64,000 bases of DNA, from positions 32,001 through 96,000 of IMG/VR virus record IMGVR_UViG_3300029305_002190, one strand, 5' to 3'. Positions 9,302 to 21,300 of this stretch are shown here, piece after piece (the first letter of the stretch is position 1; each line of letters begins with the position of its first letter). The stretch comes from a virus. Lineage: Duplodnaviria > Caudoviricetes. Under the pieces are notes generated by a model. The model searched no databases and was not told where the DNA came from. It worked only from the letters and a program-made list of their open reading frames with translations. The position numbers and the translations under genes are program-made.

Positions 9302-12300
9302 ATGGGAAAAGATGTTAAGAAGAGATTTACGGTTAGTCTTGATATTGAAACCAAAGATGTTGAAAAACAAGTCAAAGCAACTGTTGGTAATCTAAAAACA
9401 ATTCTTGCGGATCTAGGTAAAGCATCTGATAAGATGGGTTATTTTAAAGAACTTGTTGATTATATTGGTCAGATTGATACAGCACTTACTGCATTAAGAG
9501 CAAAAAATAAAAATGCTTTTGACCATATGTTTGATGGTTTGGACGCAGATTTAAAGAAAGCGATGGAGGGCATTTTTGACACAAGTAGCAAAACAATGTC
9601 TGCACTTGATGCGCTTCGTGGTAAATTAAATGATGCATCAAAAAATGGTGCAGGAGTTAAAGAATTGAGACAGATCGCCTCTGAAATCAACGATTTGTTT
9701 ACCAGTCTTGGCAGAGCAGAACCAATTGATATTGATGCACAATTTTCTGGTAGAGGTAAAACAGAAGATAGAATAAATATATTAACCGATGCATTAGATA
9801 ATTTTGCAACTGTATGGGACGGCGTTAACAACAAGGTTAAGAGTGGATTTGGCTTTGGTGGCGCTGGTGGTATTGTAGAATTTAGTGAAGAAGTGCAAAA
9901 AGAGATTGATGCTTTAGAAGATAAAATTAAGTCAATTCAAGATCTAATGACAGAATTGCAAAATGTATTCAAAATGACCAAGGCATTTAGTGATGGCAAA
10001 GATGTGTCACTAGGATTCGAGGCCACAGAAGAATCAGCAAAAAACTTACTTGAGCAGTTTAAATTATTGTCTGCTACTAGACAAAAATTTCTTGAAGATG
10101 GGGACACATCATCACCTGCTTATTATGAAAATTTAATTCAGTACACTAAAGCTGCGACTCAACTAGTTGCTTTAAACGACGAGTTAGCAAAATCCAGTAA
10201 AGGTAGCCCAAAATTTTTAGCAAATGCGCTTTCTGGTGAGTTCGTAGATGTATATGACTTTATAGAGTCTTTTGATAAAAAGTTTGTGTCCGGTATTCAA
10301 ACCTCATTAAGTAAGATTGTTTCAGATGCACAAACTGGCATAGATAAAATTAAAGCAGATGCTCTGAAAAATATGTCACCAAGCACTGCTCAAGGAGCAG
10401 GAAGACCTGATGGTGGAAATGTTCCTGACGGAAAAGTGGAAAAAAACAAAGAGTTATCAAATTCCTACGAGGAATTGTCTAAGAAGGTTAATGAATATTA
10501 TGATATCCTTCAAAAAAGAAGCAAGTTTGATGAGGATTCTGATGAGTATAGACAGTTATCTTTTAGTCTTGACGCAATATCTGACTCCATAAAGAAAATA
10601 AAGTCATTAAATATTGATGAGACAATGGAGCTTACTGATGTTTTTGGAGATTTGGAATATGAAGAATATGGTCCAGAAGAAGCATTAAAAAGAATATGTA
10701 AAATACTACAGGTAGAGATTCCTTCTGCAGCCAAAACTGCAAAGAAAAGTCTTGATGAACTTGGAGGATCCACTGATGGCGGCACAGGTGTCTCAAGTGG
10801 TGGATCTGGCGGTACTATTACAAATGTCGATTTCACGTCTCTAGAAAATACTATTAAAGCGGAAATTGCATCTGTAGCAAATAAGTTAGATAGTGTTTTT
10901 AAAGTCGAAGTTGTGAAAAATGACACATCTGATATCAAAAATGCTATTGATGGAGTTAAATCAACCATTGAAAAGATTTCTGCAGAAATTGATGGTTACA
11001 ATGCATTAAAAAAGACTAACGCTCAGCAGGCTGAAGTCAATGCAATGAAGAATAATTTAACTCAGTTGTTCAAATTTGTATCTGAGTTTAATGCAAAACA
11101 AATTGATGGAAACTACCAACACCAGGAGATTAGCGCAGCAATTTTGTCAGATGGTTCAATATCTACTGGATATGGTGAACATGGTACTGTACCGTGGGAT
11201 AGGATGGCGAGCGCCCTAGTATCCAATTTGACAAAATCTTTGATGGTGGATATCCATTCTCATCCATGGGCACAAAATGGATTCTTAGATAGATATGCCA
11301 ACGATTCATTCAGTGGTTCAAAAGGTGACCTTGGTGCATTTAGATTCTCTAAAGAACTAGGTGCACAAATGGCAGCAATGATCACTGGCAATGTCATGAG
11401 AACTCTTGATGTAAGTAAGCTGACAGACGAGCAAATGAGACAATTCGGAAAAGCACTTGCTCAGATAGAAAAAACTCAAGCAAATACTCCTGAGTACTCT
11501 AAGTACATGGAGTACAAGAATGATAAATTGTATTATCATAGTCAACCAACACTGGATGAGCAACATAAAGTTACAGAGGCTTTTGAAAGCCTGATGTACA
11601 AAGCCTTTAAGGAGATAGGTTTATCAAAAAATAAAGTCGATAAGGAAATATTTAAAAAATATGACTTAACTGATGATGCACAGCTTACAGAGTTGGCTGA
11701 ACGCCTAGTTCATTTATCTCAGTCTTCACAGAACGCACTAAGTCCAGTTGAAAGACTTTCAGAGATTATCTCTCATTTTAGTGGCGACGTAAATAGCAAA
11801 ACAGCAAAAGAAAATTTTGAGGCGTTTACAAAAGGTGAGCTGACTGCCGCAGAAGTGTTCAATAACTTAAATCGTGATGGTCATACACTGAACCAAGAAA
11901 CGCTTGATTCTTTGTATAAAATTGATAGTGCCAATGAAATACCTGCTGTTGAATCATTGTTAACACAGGTTGTAAGTATTCTAAATACAATTGAATCAAG
12001 CGTGGCAAATATCAATAATAGCACAAGACAGAGCACAAGTGGTCAATTTGATACGGCAATCAATAACATCTTAGATATTCGTGAAGGTGTAAAAAACAAG
12101 AATATTTTAGCTGGAATAAAGTCAATTTTTGATCCTCTGAATATATCAGAATATAAAAACAAAGAAGTTTTGCAAATTGCTGATGGATCAATATTGGATG
12201 CAAAAGATTACATTCAGGACTTATTTGTGCAGTCTCATTCTGATGGCTCTGTAAACTTGGATGAAATGCAGGTTGCATTAGATAAATTTTATTTAGCAAT

Positions 12301-15300
12301 GTCTAATATCCAGGATGCGATTAAGCAAGTTGATCTGTACGAAGAGAGAACAGGCAAAACTTATGTAGATAGTGACGGCGATATAGCAAAGCTAACATTA
12401 AATGATAAATATAGAGAGATAACTGATGATAATTTATTACAGCAGTTATTGTATTTACTATCTCAAGCAAAAGTTGATATTAGTAAAAGCAAAGAATTTT
12501 ATCAAAATGGGTTTGGCGACAAGCAGACAGATTATGACTATGATAATAGTCAAGTGTCTAGTGTTCTGCAGTCCATACAATCTACATTAGACTCTATTTA
12601 TGGTGTCTTACATGGTTTTACTGGTATTGAGGCAGATAATAAAAATGCACTTAAGTATAAAGAGCCTGTAGTTGATACTGGTATAAATAGAAAAGAATTC
12701 TCTGAACAAGACCTTTCTGTTCTAAATTCTATTTTACAAGTACTACATGGCATTGATGGTTACTTGTCTACAAATAAACCTGATGACGTAACTGAAAAGG
12801 TTACTCAGGATAACACTGACATTTCTGAGCTTGTAAGCTTTATTAGATCAAAGCTATCTCAGCAACTTGCTACAGAAGATACATTGCAATCAATTAAGGG
12901 AGCAATAGAGCAAATTGCAGAACTTGCGAGATCAAAAGACGAATCTAAAAAGGACGATGGCGAAGATCTTACCCAAAACCTTAATACACTAATAAGTGCT
13001 TTGACTGCCAATGTGTCTACTTTAAAAGATGTAGCTAACGGAATTGTCCAGCACCAAAAGGCACAAAAATCTGATACAAGCAAGGCAATGGCCAGGATTC
13101 AAGATCCGACTGAACAGCAAATCATTTCTGGCATAGCAAAGAATTCTGTAATAGATCTTGGCACAGAAGTGGAAATTGAAAGTTTGCAGGCACTCGCAAA
13201 TGGCTTAGTTAAGGTTGAAGGTGCTTTTAAAAATGCAAATGGTCAATGGGAAGGGTTTGCTGTTAAGGTCAATGAAGCGAATGCAGCAGTCGATCTTGCA
13301 ATTAAGAAGCAGTCTGTATTTGCAAGAGCTTTGAACAAAGCTAAAGATATTGATGAAAATACATACCAATATAACAAAGAAGAAGTCGAGGCAAGGGCGC
13401 AAAAGCATCTTGAAGAGTATGCTGCTCAGGGCAAAAATGCAACAGTGCAATTTAAGGATAGTGGTAGATATACCATTACTATCCTAGAAGAAATTGATGG
13501 CTTATCTAAGCAAATCTTCCAGACATTTGATGAGAATGATGATAAGATTGAGCGTACCACTGTCACTATGTCTAATAAACAAAAACTTAAGTTAGAAAAT
13601 TTGCAAAAGAAGCTTATAGATAATGGTCTAACTAATGGTTTAATTAGCGACAAGGACAATGAGTATAAAAATTATCAAGCTGCTGCTGATGCATTAAGTA
13701 ACATGACTAATGCGTATAGTCAGATGGATAATATTTCCGACGTAGAGATTGCAAACTGGAAACAACAAATTGCACTTGTACAGCAATTAGGCGGTCAGGT
13801 AGAGGCATTAATTAATCAAAGAAAAGCAGTAAATGATCAGAAAGTTTTTGAATCTGATAGAACAAAAAAGCTAGGTAGGTTCAATTTAGACAAGGCAAAT
13901 CTTGAAAGCAATATCGACATGACAAAAATTTCTGATAAATTAAAATCAGATATTGCTGATGCAGGAAAAGCTATAGCAAATGCAACTGATGCAGACAGTT
14001 TAAAAATTGCAATCAATAACTGGGAAGCATTACAGAATCAAATTAAAGCAACTGCTGTTCAACAAGATTTATATATTAAAAAGACAAAAGAGATTAGCGG
14101 AGGCAATACCAAAAAAGGCCAAGCATATGGAACTAGTCAGCTACAGAATTTTACTGCAAGATATAATTCGCTAAGAACTGGCGCATCTGAAGTTGGTTTG
14201 AATGAGCAGTCCACTGTTGTTGCTAATTTGGCAAATGCGTACAAACAGTTGCAGGTGGCTCAAAGCGCATTTGTTGCAGGTGAAGACAAGACTTCTGCAG
14301 AATATGCGAAAAAAGTTGAAGTTTTTAAGGCCGCACAATTAGCATGTAACAATTATGCAAGGGAATTGAATAAAGTTGTCACTGCTTCAAAGAAGTTAGA
14401 AGCAGAAAGTGTTGCGTCTGATGTATTGGATGAAGATTTTAAAGATACAATTGATGGTCGTAAGGTTGCACTTAAAGATTTTGTTCAGACGACATATGGG
14501 TCAAAGGCAGTTGTTGGAGAATTTACTAATCAATTTAATGAATTAAACTTTGTTGTTAAAAATGGTGATGGCACGTTCACTAGAATGACAGCGTCTATTA
14601 ATGAAGCAAGAACGGCCATTCACGCAACTGCTGGTGCCACAGGAGAAGTTACTAACAAGTTTAAGTCATTTATTAATGAGCTTTCAGGAAAATTCAAATC
14701 AATTAGCACATACTTTATGGCATCGTTTGGTATCGAAGAAGTATGGCAACAGTTGAGACAAGGTATTCAGTATGTAAGAGAGATAGATTCTGCTTTAACA
14801 GAACTTAAAAAGGTTACAAATGAAACTGATGCAAGCTATGATGCGTTCTTGCAATCAATGTCCAAGACTGGCAGTGTTATTGGTGCGACAGTTCAAGATT
14901 TGACAACGATGGCTGCAGATTGGGCAAGACTTGGCTATTCTATGGAAGAGGCAGGTAAGCTTGCTGAGAGTACTGCTATCTTGCTTAATGTCTCTGAATT
15001 TGATGATGCTACTGCTGCATCTGAAGCATTGATTTCTACAATGCAGGCATTCAAGTATACTGCGGATGATAGTCAACATGTTGTTGACATCCTCAATGAA
15101 GTTGGTAACAATTACGCAGTATCCTCTGACGGAATTGCAACAGCACTACAAGATTCCGCTTCTGCATTGATGGAAGCTGGCAACAACTTAGAACAGTCAG
15201 TCGCTCTAGTAGCTGCTGCCAATAAGGTTGTTCAGGATCCTAATTCTGTAGGTAGTGCATTGCGTACAATCTCTCTAAGACTCCGTGGTACTTCAGTAGA

Positions 15301-18300
15301 AGTACTAGAAGAATTGGGAGAGGAAACTGATGGAGCAGTAGAAAGCATCAGTAAGATGCAAGAAAAAATTAAGGCACTAACTGGCGTAGATATTTTAACA
15401 GATAGTGGCTCTTATAAAGAAACATATACAATTCTAAAAGAAATCGGTACAGTTTGGGAAGACATGTCTGATATTGACCAGGCAGCACTACTCGAACTCA
15501 TGGCAGGTAAAAACCGTGCAAACACTCTAGCTGCCATCCTTGGCAACATGGAAGACCTAGAGGGTGCATACAACGATGCCTTAAAAGCAGAAGGCTCAGC
15601 ATTAAAAGAAAACGAAGCATACTTGGATTCCATTCAAGGTAGAATCGACCTATTCAAAAATTCACTCCAAACAATGTGGATGAATTTTGTTGACTCCAGT
15701 GTTGTCAAATTTATTGTTGATATCGGAACCGCCTTGATTAAAACAGCAGATGCGATGGGAGTTCTATCAACTGCAGCAGGTGGATGGGCTGGTATAAAAA
15801 CCATGATTAGTTCAATAAAAACTGATTTTGAGTCTATCAGCAATGGAACTTTTAACAAAGATATTTTTGGATTTAAGCAAATGCTTGAATCTGGCGATAT
15901 TGCCAAAAAGACTATTCAAGAAGTAGATAAGGCAATTCAAGACCAAACAGATACCAAAAATAAAAATGCTAAAGCAACAAAAGAGCAAATTAATGCAGAT
16001 ATACAAAAAATTAGCACACAGCAGACTGAAAATGCTGTAGAGAGTGCTGGTGCAGTGCAAACAGGTGTAGATACTGCACAAAAAATAGCAAACGAAAAAG
16101 CCACATGGGGACAGGTTGCAGCAGAAAGAGCTCTTGCTGTTGCCAAGGGTTTAGTAAAAGGACTTCTAATAGGTGCAGTAGTATCCCTAGCAGCAACTGC
16201 GATTACAGGTGTTATTAGTGCAATTTCTGATGCTTCAAAACGCATGGATGAATTGACAGATAGTGCAATTAAGTCTGCTGAAGAAACCAAAGAAGCACAA
16301 GAAAGCATTTCTGATTACAAAGATGAAATTGCAGATCTTGGAAAAGTCCTCAATGATAATGCGTCTTCGGAGACAGAACTTTACGACGCACGTAAAAGAT
16401 TAATTGAAATTCAAAATGAATTGATTGATAAATTTGGTCTAGAAGCAAAGGGATTAGATTTAGTTACTGATGCAATTAATGGTCAAACTAATGCTTTGGA
16501 TAAATTATCTCAGAAGTCTGCCTCCGACTGGATGAAAGAAAATATGGAAGCATATAAAGAAGCCAAAAATGAAATGGCAAAAACATATGATTCCAATAGA
16601 GAACTTCTGTTATTTGGTCAATCCAATTCTTCTGTAACAGGAACATCTGGAACTTTGGCTAATGCATCTCAAGATGTAATTAATGATTATCAAGATGGAT
16701 TGAAACGGATCATCGAAGATGAATATGGTGGAACTTTATCTGAAAAAATTTCCTCTAGTGTAGACGACTTAGGAAATACAATTAGTTTTGATAATATTTA
16801 TGCTTCTTTTGAAGGTAAAACAACCGAAGAACTAGATAAGGTATTTGATGCAATTCAAACATATTTATTGGATTTTGAAAATAATTATGATGGCATTGAC
16901 CTTAGTGATGAAATTATAAGAGTTCAAAATTTAAGAAACAAGTATGTTGACGAAGATTATAAAAAATCTAGAGAGTTATATGATTCTGGTCGCCAACAGG
17001 AAGCAATATCTAATTACGCCAAAGAGTATGGGGCTATTCTAGATGCAGAAGAAGAAATTTACAATGCAAAAAATGATGAAGAAAAACTAAATGCACTTAA
17101 AGAGTATAGGACGGCACTAGAGGCAGCAAAAAATGCAAAAACTGATGACCCACACATGGATGACTATTTTGACAAGATTGGCAAAAAATTTGATGAACAA
17201 GAGTATGAATTAAAAGTCAAATTGGACGAAGATGGTCTAAAGTCTAATCTGGAAGAAATAATTAACAGTGGAGGAGAAAGTGGCCTATCTGTTTTGGATG
17301 ATGTTGCAATCCAAGATATGGTTAATAGAGGACTAAATGTCGAGGGTGCAACTGATTCTAGTGGCAAATACACACAGGAACAAATCAGTGGATTGATTGC
17401 GTTACAATCAGAAGCAGATAAGGCTGGTATTAGCGTTGATAGCCTAATTAGCATTTTAACTAAACTTGGATTGGTTGCAGGCAAGCCTATAGAACAATCT
17501 GCTGAAAGTGTCAAGGCAGTTGCTGAAACATACTCAACACTTCGTGAGTCTGTTGATGGCTATAACGAAGTCCTCACACGAACCTCCGAAATCGTCTCTG
17601 ACAATACCGAAGTAACCCAAGAATATAAAGACTCCTTGAAAAGTCTTGGATTTTCCGAAGAAGAACTTGCAGATTGTTTTGATGAAAACAATAAGTTAAT
17701 TGTTAAGAACGCCGCTTTGCTAAATAAGCTTGTCAAACAAAAGAAACAAGATAAAACAGCAACCGTTCAGCAAGCCAAGGCATATGGACAGCTTCAGTAT
17801 AAAACTACTATTTCTCAAATTGGTCAACTTGTCAATAGAATGGCTACCGAAATTAAGGCCACAGGTTATGTATCTGCTGCTACATTGGATAACATTAGTG
17901 TGTTGCGTGAACAGTTAGATGTTATTAAACAAACCATTCAGCAATACGCTTTGCTCGAATTAAGCCTCAGCGATGCAGCTCAGGCTTATAGCGATTTTGA
18001 AGCAGCAAAACAAAGAGATGCACAACTAACTTATGGCGATTCAATGGTAGAAATGTTGGATGTTATCAATGAAGGTTTTAAGACTGGGCAGGTAGGCACC
18101 GAGGCGTTTCAGTTTGCTGTTAAGGCGATTGTTCCTCCTGAGTTTTATGAGAACATTGACGATGCTCAAGATAGAATGCAAGCAATTCATGATTATGTTG
18201 ATAAGCATCCTTTGTTTGCAGATTATTTCACCATTGACGAGGGTGAAATCTCCATCACAATGGACAACATCAAGGCATTTATTAAAGATTGTCAAGATGT

Positions 18301-21300
18301 TGGTCTTTTCACTGGAACTGATCCTTATGACTTTGATTTAAATTCTGGTTTTATTAATGACTCTGAAAAAGAACAGATTAGCGAATTAAATAACGAATTA
18401 GTTAAATTCCAGGATACATATAACGGCACTGTTGATCTCGTTAATAGAAAACGAATTGATATAACCGAAGAAAACATTGAGACCGTTCGTGGTTGGGGAG
18501 GCAGTATGGCGGAGGTCAACGTAGGTGACTACATGACCGTTGCCTCACAGACATATCAAGACGGTAAGGCAGCAATTGTTGTTACTCCAATTCTTCCGAA
18601 TGGAGAATTAATGAAACAGGATGAGTTGGATGCGTATATTGACGATGTCATTGCTAAAACTAATGCCGGTAGTGGTAATTACGCTGATTATGACACGAAA
18701 GGCATCTTAATGGGTGTGTTTGGAGATGCAGACACATGGGAGGCTAATTTAGCGGCATCCGATGAGTTTGTAAATCGTGTCCATGAGATCCATGAAATTA
18801 TTAATTCGTTTGGTGATTCTGTAACATTAAAAGACTTTGCAGATGAACTTGGTATGACCGAAGCGGCAGCTCTTGCAATGCTTACAGAGTTTGAAAAGTA
18901 TGATGCAAGCTGGGGAGACCTTATAGCAAGACTTACCACAACTGGATTAGATCGAGAAATAAACGATGCGACAGATGCTTTAGAAAAAGCAATAACCACA
19001 CAAGAAGAATTCATAAAGAGTGGTCAACCATTATATGATGAAAATGGAGAAATAACATCTGGATATAAGGCTGTTGTTGATGCGGTCAATAAGGCTCGTG
19101 ACGGATTAGATAATGCTACACAGGCAGCGATAAACAACGCACAGACATATACTCAAGTTGAATCAATATTAAAGGGTATGTCTGGAGAAATGAAATACAC
19201 TCAAGAGCAAGCAGACGCACTAGCTAGATCACTTGGGTTAATTGACGAGAATGGCCACATCACAATAAATACCGAAACTGGTGCTCTTGAATTAACCAAT
19301 GAGCAAGTTGATATTTTAAATCAAAAATTAACTGGGTTAGAAGAGCCAACCATGCTGGATATACAGCTTGCATATGATGATATTTATGGTCAAGTAGAAG
19401 AATTAAAGTCATACTTAGCCGACCCAGATAATTATGATGGAACTATTTTGGCGGATCTTGAGCTTACAGATTCAAGTGAAGCAGAAGTGCAAGCAGAGCT
19501 TGATAGATTGAATTCTATTTTAGGAGTTCTTGAATTGCATTATAATCTTTCCCCAAGTGTAGAGCAAAATGATGGCAACTTAGAAAAGCTTGGTAATTGG
19601 GAAACCAATGGCATCAATATAACAATTACTGGTGATAGTTCTAGTTTTGATGCGGCGGTAGCAGAAGTCAATGCTGTTGAGATGGAAGATAAACCAGTTA
19701 ATATTACAGCAGATCCAACAGAAGCAAATGCTAATATTGATTCTGTTGATAATAATAATATTGCAGACAAAAAGCCAGTGATTGCAATGCAAGGCGTTTC
19801 TGCTGCATTAACAAATATTTATTCTATTGATAGTGCGCTTGATGAATTACCAAACTATAAATCTGTAACTGTTGATGTTATATATAGGCAAACCGGATCT
19901 CCACCTAGTGGGGGTGTTGGTGTTGATGGAAATTTCCATGTGTCTGGTGATGCATTTGCAGGGGGTACCATTGGCGCACCAAGAAATGAAACAGCATTGA
20001 TGGGAGAACTTGGACCAGAAATATTAGTCAGGGATGGTAGATGGACTACTGTTGGAGAGAATGGCGCAGAATTTACACAAGTTAAAAAGGGCGACATAAT
20101 TTTTAATCATAAACAGTCTGAGCAACTACTTAAAAATGGCTATGTAACTGGCAGAGGAAAAGCATATGCAGGTGGTACAGCTTATGGTTTTGGTATTTTT
20201 GATTCATATGTTGGTGATGACGATGCTTTCAAAAATGGCTCCGATAAGTGGGTTAATCCTGGAGAAAATGCTTGGAGTGATGCCGCAGACGATGTTTCTG
20301 ATGCTGCAGATGACGCAGAACAAATTGTAGATTTCATTGAAATGAAGTTAGAAGAAATCGAAGCTATTATTGAAAAAACTACAACTAAGATTGCTAATTT
20401 CCTCGATGACACTACAAGTATTAAAAGCAAAGACGAACTCTATGACGAACTAATAAAAGCGGAAAAAGATAAGTCCGAAGCTTATTTAAAAGCTGCTCAA
20501 AAGTATAACGTAGAAGCTGCGGCCGCTCTATCTGGTGTGCCACAGCAATATCAAAAAATGGCCCGTAATGGTGCTATTGCCATTAAAGATTTCATTGGAG
20601 AAGACCAAGTTGAAATAGCAGAGGCAATCCAAGAATATAGAGATTGGGCAGCAAAAGCAGATGAAGCGGAAAACGGACATCTAGAAGCTATTGCTGCTAT
20701 TTCTGCGCATAGAGTTGAACAACTTGAAGATATTGCTACAGATTTTGAAAATATCGTTAGTATCTCTAAGTCTCATTCTGATTTGTTGCAGGCAGAGATG
20801 GATTTAATTGAAGAATCTGGAAATAGACTATCAGAGAGTTATTATGAAGAGCTTAAGAAGCATTCTCAGAAACAACTAGATGATATGCAAAATGAGCGTG
20901 CAGCGCTACAAAAGATTTTAGACGATTCTGTTGCTGCAGGTGATGTTGTTATTGGCTCTGATGACTGGTATTCTATGCTTGAGACTATCTATGAGGTCGA
21001 TCAAGAAATTGTTGATTGTAAGATTAGCTTAGAGGAATTCCAAAATGCGATAAATGAGCTATACTGGGATAACTTTGATAAGCTGATTGATGAAATCGAT
21101 AATGTTAACTCTGAGTTATCTAATCTATATGATCTTGTTTCCGACACTGACAATATAGTGGACGATACTGGAAATTGGACTGATGACGGCATTACTGCTC
21201 TTGGTTTACTTGCGCAGCAAATGGAGAATGCACAGTTCAAGTCTCAGCAATACGGTGAAGCAATTGAGAAACTTAAGAAAGATTATGCCGATGGTTTATA

